This document shows, one piece after another, positions 10,091 to 18,359 of a stretch of 64,000 bases of DNA (its first letter is position 1; every line of letters starts with the position of its first letter). The translations under genes and the position numbers were made by a program. The notes below the pieces were generated by a model, which did not search any database, was not told where the DNA came from, and saw only the letters and a list, made by a program, of their open reading frames with translations. Source of the DNA: Sulfuritalea sp. Lineage in GTDB: Bacteria; Pseudomonadota; Gammaproteobacteria; Burkholderiales; Rhodocyclaceae. The stretch covers positions 144,934 through 208,933 of the forward strand of contig JALHPU010000001.1 of assembly GCA_022842325.1 (NCBI GenBank), read 5' to 3'.

Positions 10091-10981
10091 TCAGGCCGGG
10101 AGCGGCGTGACGCGCTCGTGGTAGCGCGCGCGGTAAAGCAGGCGACGCTTTTGCGGCGTCTCGGTGAAGCCGGAACGGTCGTGCAACACGTTGTTGCAGG
10201 CCAGGCCCATGCCCGGCTCCAGGCGCCCGTGCAGGGTCCACGGCGTCGGCGTCGCCAGCAGCCTGGCCAATGCCGCGATGGCGGCCTGCGTCGCGGAGTC
10301 ATTGCGCCATTCGATGCTGATGCTGCGTGCCGTGTAGCGCATGTGCAGGAAGCCCTGACCATCGACCGAAAACACCGGGCCGGGCTGCGCGGCGCGGGCG
10401 ACGCCGGTGTCGTCCAGACGCGGCGGGATGGTCATGGCGTCGTCGCGCGACAGGGCGCGGATGAAGTCCGGATTCTCGTCGCGCAGCAGGATGTAGGCGA
10501 TCTCGTGGTCGAGCAGCTGGTTCTCGCCGCCGCTCGCGGCGCTTTCCACGCAATGCAGGACCATGCCGCGCACGGTGCGCTCGGGGACGTTGTAGTAACC
10601 GTCGGTGTGCCACTTGATCGGCTTGTCGGTGTAGGGAATGAATTCCTTGCGCTCGCCGCGCTCCTCGGCGCCGCGCACCGAGATCGGCGAGATCGCGTCG
10701 TCGTCGGTCAGCCAGTGGCTGTCGAGATGGACCAGCCCGAGCTGCCGGCCCAGCCCGCGCGGAATTTCCTTGTCCGCGTCGCCGACGGTATTGCTGGTGT
10801 AGATCGCCATGTTGGCGATGGCGCAGCGCTGCAGCAGGGCATTGCGTTCGGCCTCGCTCAGGGCGCGCGGATCGTCGAGCGCGACCACGATATCCTCGAT
10901 GCGGCGCGGCGCGCTGTCTAGCTTGTGCTCGCGCCAGCGCTGGTAGCTGGCGTTGTCGGCAAGATCGAAGGGGCTGGACAT
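10091..10981 (-). CDS. TauD/TfdA-family 2-oxoglutarate/Fe(II)-dependent dioxygenase-like protein
   Basis: WHTDGYY (HxD) motif and C-terminal His-containing region in a double-stranded beta-helix-sized protein. Confidence 0.55.
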   Translation of the reverse strand: MSSPFDLADNASYQRWREHKLDSAPRRIEDIVVALDDPRALSEAERNALLQRCAIANMAIYTSNTVGDADKEIPRGLGRQLGLVHLDSHWLTDDDAISPISVRGAEERGERKEFIPYTDKPIKWHTDGYYNVPERTVRGMVLHCVESAASGGENQLLDHEIAYILLRDENPDFIRALSRDDAMTIPPRLDDTGVARAAQPGPVFSVDGQGFLHMRYTARSISIEWRNDSATQAAIAALARLLATPTPWTLHGRLEPGMGLACNNVLHDRSGFTETPQKRRLLYRARYHERVTPLPA

Positions 10982-10991
10982 CGGGGTGCCC

Positions 10992-11603
10992 CTAGTCGCC
11001 TGTCGTTGCGCCGTGGCGCGGGCGCCGACTCTTGGCCTCGCCGGGATGAAACAGGCCGGCCAGTGTCTTGTCCAGCGCCTTGATGGCCTCCGGCGATTCG
11101 ATTTCCATGACCTGATCGACGGCCCAGAGTTGGTCCTTTTCCGGCAACACCTCTTTCAGGCAGGCCGCAAAGCAGCGGCGGAAGCCGAAGTCCGGACCCT
11201 CCTCGGTGTAGCCGTGATCGGCGTATTCCGCACCCCGCTGGTTGAAGAGGTCGAGCACGTGCTGCTGCACCTTGCCCGGCGCCACGTCGTAGAGCAGCAT
11301 GTCGCGGTTGTCGTCGATCGCGGCGGCGATGCGCTGCGCCAGCGCGGTGGTGAATTCCAGGCGCTGCTCCGGCGTCAGTTCGCGGTAGGCGATGCGATCC
11401 GCCGCCAGCGCCAGGAACACCATGAACTCACAGACGAAATCGAAATAGGCGCTGCCCAGGTCGATGTCGTACTCGGCCTCGCGCATGCGCTTGATCGAAT
11501 CGATCGCCAGTTTCCAGGCCAACATCGCAATCACGCCGGCGAGTTCGGTCATCGACCGCGGCTTGCCGCCGGCGTGGAAACTGGATCGTATGCGGATGGC
11601 CAT
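10992..11603 (-). CDS. Hypothetical protein (203 aa; a start at MTELAGV... about 11552 is also possible)
   Basis: Continuous ORF with host-like codon usage; no family recognised. Confidence 0.4.
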   Translation of the reverse strand: MAIRIRSSFHAGGKPRSMTELAGVIAMLAWKLAIDSIKRMREAEYDIDLGSAYFDFVCEFMVFLALAADRIAYRELTPEQRLEFTTALAQRIAAAIDDNRDMLLYDVAPGKVQQHVLDLFNQRGAEYADHGYTEEGPDFGFRRCFAACLKEVLPEKDQLWAVDQVMEIESPEAIKALDKTLAGLFHPGEAKSRRPRHGATTGD

Positions 11604-11658
11604 GAATTACACCGTTGAGGCGCCCTCAAACATACGAGCGCAGCGAGCTAACTGGTTA

Positions 11659-11742
11659 CCCCCGCCCCGGGGCGGGGGCCAGGGGGTGGGGGGCGATTAA
11701 TTGCCCTTGCCGAAGGCAAGGGCGGGTACGTCAGTACCCGCC
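11659..11742 (-). terminator. Three consecutive GC-rich hairpins downstream of the dsrC-like gene; the middle one (11703-11723) is followed by AATTAAT on the transcribed strand, so a likely intrinsic terminator
   Basis: CCCCCGCCCCGGGGCGGGGG; GCCCTTGCCgaaGGCAAGGGC; GGCGGGTACgtcaGTACCCGCC. Confidence 0.35.
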
Positions 11743-12069
11743 TTTGCCTAAGGGCATCGGCAGGCCACCGACCTTGCAGCCTTCCTTGGCCGCGCCGCCA
11801 TCCGGGAACAGTTCGAACAGCAGCGCGCTGTCGGCCTCGGGCATGTCGCCTTCTTCCTGCAGGCCCTTGATCAGGTTGCGCATGTTCGGCGTGTGGCCGT
11901 CTTCCTTGTATTTCTCGCGCAGAAAATTGACGACCTTCCAGTGCTGATCGGTCATGGTGATGCCGCAGGCGGCGGAAATCACGTGCACCGCCTCCTCGCT
12001 GAAATCCGGCTCCAGCAGGTAGCCGTATTCGTTCACTTCCTTTTCGACGCCGTTGATGGTGTAGCTCAT
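11731..12069 (-). CDS. DsrC/TusE-family sulfur-relay protein paralog that lacks the penultimate (CysA) cysteine
   Basis: Full-length DsrC fold (TDQHWKVVNFLREKY...) but C-terminus ...CKVGGLPMPLGKGGY versus ...CKIAGLPKPTGCV in the cluster dsrC; strong AAGGAG RBS. Confidence 0.75.
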   Translation of the reverse strand: MSYTINGVEKEVNEYGYLLEPDFSEEAVHVISAACGITMTDQHWKVVNFLREKYKEDGHTPNMRNLIKGLQEEGDMPEADSALLFELFPDGGAAKEGCKVGGLPMPLGKGGY

Positions 12070-12098
12070 GGGGATCTCCTTTTTCGGGCTAACTTGAA

Positions 12099-12581
12099 TT
12101 ATTTTCGACGCAGGTAAAACTCATGGACCCCGCGTCCGGACTCATGGGTAAACAGCAGGTCCGCCGCGCCGGCCTTGGCCCAGGACGTGATGTCGTCGGC
12201 CGAGCCGGGGCAATCGCTGACCAGTTGCAGCACTTCGCCGGCCTTCATGCCGTCGAGCAGTTTCTTGGCCTGGACGATGGGGCCGGGGCAGGACACGCCG
12301 CGCATGTCCAGCGTGACGTGGGCGACCGGCGTAGCGTTGGCGCCGCCGGCGCGCTGGATCATGTAGGCGCTCTTGTGGCCGCCCAGCTTTTCGCTGCCAA
12401 GCACCACGTTGCCGGTGACCTTGGCCCAGGCGAACAGGTCGTCGGCGGTGCCGGGGCAATCGGAAATCAGGCGCAGGGTCTGGCCCGGCTGCAGGTCGTC
12501 GATCAGTTTCTTGGCGCCGAGCAGCGGCGCCGGACAGGGCAGGCCGCAGACATCGAGCGTAACGGTGGCAACTTCGGACAT
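12099..12581 (-). CDS. Tandem two-domain TusA-like sulfurtransferase
   Basis: Two TusA repeats, each with a CPxP active-site motif (LDVCGLPCPAP and LDMRGVSCPGP); GAGGAG RBS. Confidence 0.8.
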   Translation of the reverse strand: MSEVATVTLDVCGLPCPAPLLGAKKLIDDLQPGQTLRLISDCPGTADDLFAWAKVTGNVVLGSEKLGGHKSAYMIQRAGGANATPVAHVTLDMRGVSCPGPIVQAKKLLDGMKAGEVLQLVSDCPGSADDITSWAKAGAADLLFTHESGRGVHEFYLRRK

Positions 12582-12614
12582 GAGGCGTCTCCTCGTTTGA
12601 GTAGTAGGTAGTGT

Positions 12615-13211
12615 TTAGTCGCCGACAGCGACGACCGATTTATGGGGTATGAACAGCCCGCAGCCCAGCGCGCGATGCGTACCCAGGCCGGATTCCTGCA
12701 CGGCCAGCGATTCGGCGGCAGCCAGTCCGTGCAGCATCAGGCTGAAGCCGCGCACCACGCCCTGCGCCAGGCGCAGCTCCTGCGCCTTGCCGCTGATAAG
12801 CTGCGGCGCGAGGCCACGCTCTGCCAGCAGCGCGCGGCAGCGGGCAAGAAATTCGATTTCGTCGTCGGCACCGACGCTGACGAGATGCGAATAGACCACG
12901 CCGCGCGCCGGATACAACCGACGCACGCTGCACTTGCCCAGCGTCAGCCAACTGCCATCGAGGTCGAGCCGGGTGCCGGCCAAAGAGTCGGCGCTGGCGC
13001 TACGGTGAATCGGCAGGCGCAAAGCCAGGCGGCTGCGGCGGCCGACGAAGCACACGCCGTTGTTGCCGTGCGCCACGCCGGACAACGGCAGGATGCCGGC
13101 GTCCGCTTCGTCGTCGAACCAGGGCAGCGCACGCCGCACCGCCAGCGACAAGGCATCGGCGTGGTCGTCGCGGAAGCTTCCCTCCTCGAGCGAAAACACC
13201 ACGTCCACCAT
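12615..13211 (-). CDS. Orphan Cas6e (CasE/Cse3)-like RAMP protein, about 198 aa
   Basis: C-terminal glycine-rich loop GLGTHRALGCGLF matches the Cas6 G(phi)GxxxxxG(phi)G motif and E. coli CasE GIGPAKSMGCGLL; N-terminal His plus ALPWF resembles the CasE catalytic His region; start taken at MVDVVFSL (ATG 13211) instead of the ORF-track start 13292. Confidence 0.45.
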   Translation of the reverse strand: MVDVVFSLEEGSFRDDHADALSLAVRRALPWFDDEADAGILPLSGVAHGNNGVCFVGRRSRLALRLPIHRSASADSLAGTRLDLDGSWLTLGKCSVRRLYPARGVVYSHLVSVGADDEIEFLARCRALLAERGLAPQLISGKAQELRLAQGVVRGFSLMLHGLAAAESLAVQESGLGTHRALGCGLFIPHKSVVAVGD

Positions 13212-13240
13212 AACGGTCGACGCCTCGTCCGGCGAATAAT

Positions 13241-13480
13241 TCAATCGGCCTCTCCTTGTGCCTCGGCGCCGCCCGGCTGCGTCGCGGCCCAATCGCTCAG
13301 CACCTTGCCCCAGCGGGCCGCCGTGGCCGGATCGATGTCGAAAATGGTGAAGCGGCTGCGTTCGCGAATCCGCGTGCGCAGCAATGGCATGCCGCCGGCC
13401 TCGAAGATGAACTGCTGCAGTTCGATCTCCTGGTTGCCGATGGGCACGCGAAACTTGTCGAGCGAGGTGACGGTATCCAA
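13241..13480 (-). CDS. Hypothetical 79-aa protein, first gene of the divergent operon
   Basis: AGAGGA RBS; ORF ends 29 nt before the Cas6e-like start. Confidence 0.4.
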   Translation of the reverse strand: MDTVTSLDKFRVPIGNQEIELQQFIFEAGGMPLLRTRIRERSRFTIFDIDPATAARWGKVLSDWAATQPGGAEAQGEAD

Positions 13481-13568
13481 AACTATTCCTCTATGTGGGG
13501 GCGGACTATGGCATCAGCGACGGGCATCAGCCATCACCGCGTGGGAGTGCAAGCATATAACCCTTTGG

Positions 13569-13588
13569 GGTAGGTCCATTTACCTACC
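13569..13588. promoter_or_regulatory. Perfect inverted repeat GGTAGGTccatttACCTACC in the divergent dsrA / upstream-operon promoter region (candidate operator)
   Basis: 7-bp arms with a 6-bp spacer, about 80 bp upstream of the dsrA start. Confidence 0.25.
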
Positions 13589-13666
13589 GGGAGTATGGTT
13601 TGTGCACCGCACACATCTCTATGATCGCTCCATCGAGTTTCACCCCCGACCACGAGGAGATAAACC

Positions 13667-14962
13667 ATGGCCAAGCCCATGCACCCAACACCGAACCTGG
13701 ATCAACTGGAAAGCGGCCCCTGGCCGAGTTTCGTCACCGGCCTCAAGCGCCTGGCCAAGGACAAGGACTATGTGGTCGACATTCTCGGCCACCTCGAGCA
13801 TTCCTACCAGACCCGCAAGGGCTACTGGAAGGGCGGCACGGTGGGTGTGCGCGGCTACGGCGGCGGCATCATCCCGCGTTTCACCGAGATCAAGGATGAG
13901 GCCGGCAACCCGGTTTTCAAGGACGCTGCCGAATTCCACACCCTGCGCGTCATGCCGCCCCCCGGCATGCACTACAACACCGCGACGCTGCGCCAGTTCT
14001 GCGACATCTGGGAAAAGCACGGCTCCGGCCTGATCGCCTTCCACGGCCAGTCGGGCGACATCATGTTCCAGGGCGCCACCACGGAAAACGTGCAGAAGGC
14101 CTTTGACGAAATCAACGACATGGGCTTCGACCTCGGCGGCGCCGGCCCGGCCGTGCGCACCTCGATGTCCTGCGTCGGCGCCTCGCGCTGCGAGCAGTCC
14201 TGCTACGACGAAGCCAAGGCACACCGCGAAGTGCTCAACACCTTCCTCGACGACATCCACCGTCCGGCCCTGCCCTACAAGTTCAAGTTCAAGTTCTCCG
14301 GCTGCCCCAACGACTGCATGAACTCCATCCAGCGTTCGGACATGGCCGTGATCGGCACCTGGCGCGACAACATCCGCACCGACGAAGCGCTGGCGAAGAA
14401 GTGGTTCGCCAAGCACGGCATGAACGAACTGGTGAACGACGTCGTCGCCCGCTGCCCGACCAAGGCCATCCAGATCAAGGAAATCAAGGATGTACGCAAG
14501 GCTGACAACTTCAGCAGCGTCGCCGTCAATGACACCCAGGCACTGGAAATCGACAACAAGGACTGCGTGCGCTGCATGCACTGCATCAACGTCATGACCG
14601 GCGCCCTGGCGACCGGCACCGACAAGGGTGCGACGATCCTGATGGGCGGCAAGCGCACCCTGAAGATCGGCGACCTGATGGGCACCGTGGTGGTTCCCTT
14701 CATGCCCCTGAAGACCGATGAGGACTACGAGAAGCTGGTCGAACTGGGCCAGAAGACCATCGACTTCTTCGCCGAGAACGCACTGGAGCACGAGCGCACC
14801 GGCGAAATGATCGAACGCATCGGCCTGGTCAACTTCCTCGAAGGCATCGAGGTTGATATCGACGCCAACATGGTCTCGACGCCACGCATGAATCCCTACG
14901 TCAATACCATTGGCTGGGACGACGAAGTCGCCAAGATCAACGCCAAAAAAGCTGCCGCCTGA
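13667..14962 (+). CDS. dsrA: Dissimilatory sulfite reductase alpha subunit DsrA (siroheme and [4Fe-4S])
   Basis: Siroheme-binding Cys motifs (CVGASRCEQSC, CPNDC), ferredoxin insert (CVRCMHC); GAGGAG RBS. Confidence 0.95.
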   Translation: MAKPMHPTPNLDQLESGPWPSFVTGLKRLAKDKDYVVDILGHLEHSYQTRKGYWKGGTVGVRGYGGGIIPRFTEIKDEAGNPVFKDAAEFHTLRVMPPPGMHYNTATLRQFCDIWEKHGSGLIAFHGQSGDIMFQGATTENVQKAFDEINDMGFDLGGAGPAVRTSMSCVGASRCEQSCYDEAKAHREVLNTFLDDIHRPALPYKFKFKFSGCPNDCMNSIQRSDMAVIGTWRDNIRTDEALAKKWFAKHGMNELVNDVVARCPTKAIQIKEIKDVRKADNFSSVAVNDTQALEIDNKDCVRCMHCINVMTGALATGTDKGATILMGGKRTLKIGDLMGTVVVPFMPLKTDEDYEKLVELGQKTIDFFAENALEHERTGEMIERIGLVNFLEGIEVDIDANMVSTPRMNPYVNTIGWDDEVAKINAKKAAA

Positions 14963-14975
14963 GGAGATATCGAGC

Positions 14976-16064
14976 ATGAATGCACCTACCCCCGCCGCCC
15001 CGCTGCGCAAAGCCATTGAATGCGGCGTGCCGGACAACAAGCCGCACCTGCACCCGACGTTGCTGAAGAACTACGGCAACTGGAAGTATCACGACCGGCC
15101 CCGTCCCGGCGTGCTGCACCATGTGTCGCATACCGGCGATGAAATCTGGACGGTTCGCGCCGGCACCCAGCGCCAGATGGACGTTTGGACCATCCGCACG
15201 CTGTGCGACATCGCCGACAAGTTCGCCGAAGGCTTTGTCCGCTTCACCATCCGCTCCAACATCGAGTTCATGGTCGCCGACCCGAAGAAGGTCGATCCGA
15301 TGATCGCCGAACTGGAAAAGAACGGCTTCCCCGTCGGCGGCACCGGCAACTCGGTGTCGATGGTCTCGCACACCCAGGGCTGGCTGCATTGTGACATCCC
15401 GGGCACCGACGCCTCGGGCGTGGTCAAGTCGATGATGGACGAGCTCTACGCCGAGTTCAAGAACGAGGAAATGCCCAACCGCGTGCATATGTCCACCTCC
15501 TGCTGCGAGATCAATTGCGGCGGCCAGGCCGATATCGCCGTGATCATCCAGCACACCAAGCCGCCCAAGATCAACCACGATCTGGTCGCCAACGTCTGCG
15601 AGCGCCCCACCGTCGTCGCCCGCTGCCCGGTCGCCGCGATCCGTCCGGCACTGGTCAATGGCAAGCCCTCGCTCGAAGTCGATGAAAAGAAGTGCATCTG
15701 CTGCGGCGCCTGCTATCCCCCCTGCCCGCCGATGCAGATCAACGATCCGGAGCATTCCAAGCTGGCGATCTGGGTTGGCGGCAAGAACTCCAACGCCCGC
15801 GGCAAGCCCACCTTCATGAAGATGGTCGCTTCCGGCCTGCCCAACAACGCCCCGCGCTGGCCCGAAGTCAATGCCGTGGTCGGCAACATCCTGCGCACCT
15901 ACAAGGCCGACGCCCGCCCCTGGGAACGCCTCGCCGACTGGATCGACCGCATCGGCTGGCCGCGTTTCTTCGAAAAGACCGGCCTGCCTTTCACCAAGTA
16001 CCTGATCGATGACTGGCGTGGTTCGCGTGCCAATCTCAACGCCTCGACCCACATCCGCTTCTGA
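14976..16064 (+). CDS. dsrB: Dissimilatory sulfite reductase beta subunit DsrB
   Basis: DsrB Cys motifs (CCEINCGGQADIAV, CICCGACYPPC); start at MNAPTPAAP (ATG 14976, GAGGAG RBS) rather than the overlapping ORF-track start 14910. Confidence 0.93.
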   Translation: MNAPTPAAPLRKAIECGVPDNKPHLHPTLLKNYGNWKYHDRPRPGVLHHVSHTGDEIWTVRAGTQRQMDVWTIRTLCDIADKFAEGFVRFTIRSNIEFMVADPKKVDPMIAELEKNGFPVGGTGNSVSMVSHTQGWLHCDIPGTDASGVVKSMMDELYAEFKNEEMPNRVHMSTSCCEINCGGQADIAVIIQHTKPPKINHDLVANVCERPTVVARCPVAAIRPALVNGKPSLEVDEKKCICCGACYPPCPPMQINDPEHSKLAIWVGGKNSNARGKPTFMKMVASGLPNNAPRWPEVNAVVGNILRTYKADARPWERLADWIDRIGWPRFFEKTGLPFTKYLIDDWRGSRANLNASTHIRF

Positions 16065-16087
16065 GTGGAATTTAGGATAGTCAGCTC

Positions 16088-16447
16088 ATGAAATTTGCAG
16101 TCACCATCAACGAAGGGCCCTACCAGCACCAGGCCAGCGATTCCGCTTACCTGTTCTGCAAGGCCGCGCTGGAAAAGGGTCACGAGATCCGTCGCGTGTT
16201 CTTCTACAACGACGGTGTGAACAACGCCTCCTCGCTGACCGAGCCGCCGCAGGACGACCGCAACATCGTCACGCGCTGGTCCAAACTCGCCGATGAGCAC
16301 AAGCTGGACCTCGTGGTCTGCGTTGCCGCAGCCCTGCGCCGCGGCATCCGCGACGAGAACCTGGCTGCCGGCTTTCGCATCTCCGGCCTCGGCCAGTTGG
16401 TCGAAGCCGGCATCGAAGCCGACCGCCTTGTAACCTTCGGAGACTGA
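16088..16447 (+). CDS. dsrE: DsrE (TusD-like sulfur-relay subunit)
   Basis: DsrE/TusD family, 119 aa, follows dsrB. Confidence 0.88.
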   Translation: MKFAVTINEGPYQHQASDSAYLFCKAALEKGHEIRRVFFYNDGVNNASSLTEPPQDDRNIVTRWSKLADEHKLDLVVCVAAALRRGIRDENLAAGFRISGLGQLVEAGIEADRLVTFGD

Positions 16448-16448
16448 C

Positions 16449-16820
16449 ATGAGCGAAGGAACCATCAAGAAGTTCATGTTCGTCAATCGCAAGGCGCCCT
16501 ACGGCACCATCTACGCGCTCGAATCGCTGGAAGTGGTGCTGATCACGGCGGCCTTCGACCAGGACGTCAGCCTCGTCTTCATGGACGACGGCGTGTTCCA
16601 GCTGAAGAAGGGCCAGCAAACCAAGGGCATCGAGAACAAGAACTTCTCGCCGACCTACCGCGCGCTGGACGGCTACGACATCGAGAAGCTCTATGTCGAA
16701 GAAGAAGCGCTGGCTGCCCGCGGCCTGTCCGAAGACGACCTGCTGGTCGACGTCACCGTCATGTCGCGCGCCGAACTGGGCAAGCTGATGGACGAGATGG
16801 ACGTCGTCCTCAGCTTCTAA
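16449..16820 (+). CDS. dsrF: DsrF (TusC-like)
   Basis: Family pattern and gene order. Confidence 0.88.
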   Translation: MSEGTIKKFMFVNRKAPYGTIYALESLEVVLITAAFDQDVSLVFMDDGVFQLKKGQQTKGIENKNFSPTYRALDGYDIEKLYVEEEALAARGLSEDDLLVDVTVMSRAELGKLMDEMDVVLSF

Positions 16821-16835
16821 GGGAGATAAGAATTC

Positions 16836-17135
16836 ATGTTGCACATCGTCAATAAATCGCCGGCCGAACGCAATGCGCTGGATTCATGCCTGCACGTGGC
16901 ACAGGACGGCGGCGCCATCCTGCTGATCGAGGACGCCGTGTATGCCGCCACTCGCGGCAACGAGGCGGAAGCCAGGCTGCGCCAGGCTTTGTCGCGCTTC
17001 AAGGTCTACGCCCTGGCGCCGGATCTCGAAGCGCGCGGCATGCACGAGCGCGTCATGGAAGGCGTCACCACCGTGGATTACGGCGGCTTCGTCGACCTCG
17101 TTGCAGAACACAAGAACTGCCAGTCCTGGCTGTAA
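16836..17135 (+). CDS. dsrH: DsrH (TusB-like)
   Basis: Family pattern and gene order. Confidence 0.85.
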   Translation: MLHIVNKSPAERNALDSCLHVAQDGGAILLIEDAVYAATRGNEAEARLRQALSRFKVYALAPDLEARGMHERVMEGVTTVDYGGFVDLVAEHKNCQSWL

Positions 17136-17179
17136 TCGCCAACTTTCCATTACCCCGCACCACACCAAGGAGACATTCA

Positions 17180-17514
17180 TGTCCAGCATCGAAGTCAACG
17201 GCAAGTCCTACGAAACCGACGAAGAAGGCTATCTGGTCAACCTCGCCGAATGGAACGAGGACGTCGGTACCTACCTCGCGCAAACGGAAAGCGTCGAGAT
17301 GACCGACCAGCACTGGGAAGTCATCAACTTCCTGCGCGACTACTACAACGAATTCCAGATTGCCCCGGCCGTGCGCGTGCTGACCAAGGCCATCGGCAAG
17401 AAGCTCGGCCCGGAAAAGGGCACCAGCCAATACCTGTACGACCTGTTCCCCTACGGCCCGGCCAAACAGGCGTGCAAGATCGCCGGCCTGCCGAAGCCGA
17501 CCGGCTGCGTCTGA
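17180..17514 (+). CDS. dsrC: DsrC with both conserved C-terminal cysteines (...CKIAGLPKPTGCV)
   Basis: Canonical DsrC C-terminus; start at MSSIEVNGK (ATG 17180, GGAG RBS) inside ORF 16942..17514. Confidence 0.93.
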
Positions 17515-17632
17515 ACGGAATTGGATTGATTGGGGTAGGCGCCGGCATATGGTCCTCCTTGTGCCGCCCGGCGCCTCTTTTTTCCCCGGCCTTCCTCACC
17601 CTACCGAAACCGACCTGCGCCCGCGCTGACCG

Positions 17633-18358
17633 ATGAATCTTCTCTTCGCCCTGCTGTTCTACGTTGCCACGCTGATCCTGGTGGGCGGTATCGCCTACCG
17701 GGTCTACGACTACGCACGCACGCCGGCGCCACTGAAGATTCCCACCACCCCGGCACCGACCACCAGCGGCGGCGTGGCCTTCCGCATGTTCCGCGAAGTG
17801 GTGTTTTTCGAAAGCCTGTTCAAGTCCAACCTGTGGATCTGGGCATTCGGCTGGCTGTTCCATGTCGCCCTCGCACTGGTGCTGCTGCGCCACCTGCGCT
17901 ACTTCACCGAGCCGGTGAATTTCATCATCGCCTTCATCCAGCCTTTCGGCATGTATGCCGGCTTCGCCATGGCCGCTGGCCTGGCCGGGCTCTGGGCGCG
18001 ACGCTTCCTGGTCGAGCGTATCCGCTACATTTCGACCCCATCCGATCATTTGATGCTGGCACTGCTGCTCGGCATCGCCGTCACCGGCCTGCTGATGAAA
18101 TTCGTCATGCATACCGATGTCGTCGCGGTGAAGACTTTCTTCCTCGGCCTGATGGCCTTTGAGGTCCAGCCGCTGCCAGCCGACCCCGGCCTCTATCTGC
18201 ATCTGGGCATGGTCGTACTGCTGATGATCATCTTCCCCGTCAGCAAGCTGCTGCACGCGCCCGGCCTGTTCTTCTCGCCGACCCGCAACCAGGTCGACAA
18301 CCCGCGCGAAACACGCCATCTGGCACCCTGGGCAGCCACTCTCGGAACGAAGGACTGA
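17633..18358 (+). CDS. dsrM: DsrM, NarI-like dihaem-b membrane subunit
   Basis: Five TM helices with His ligands; gene order. Confidence 0.85.
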   Translation: MNLLFALLFYVATLILVGGIAYRVYDYARTPAPLKIPTTPAPTTSGGVAFRMFREVVFFESLFKSNLWIWAFGWLFHVALALVLLRHLRYFTEPVNFIIAFIQPFGMYAGFAMAAGLAGLWARRFLVERIRYISTPSDHLMLALLLGIAVTGLLMKFVMHTDVVAVKTFFLGLMAFEVQPLPADPGLYLHLGMVVLLMIIFPVSKLLHAPGLFFSPTRNQVDNPRETRHLAPWAATLGTKD

Positions 18359-18359
18359 C

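Noticed and set aside
8554-10110. 518-aa plus-strand ORF
   Set aside because: Antisense shadow of paaA/paaB
12615-13480. CRISPR array expected near the Cas6e-like gene
   Set aside because: No regularly spaced direct repeats of 28-37 bp were found within 64 kb; the gene is treated as orphan
13640-16052. 466-aa and 371-aa minus-strand ORFs
   Set aside because: Antisense shadows of dsrA and dsrB
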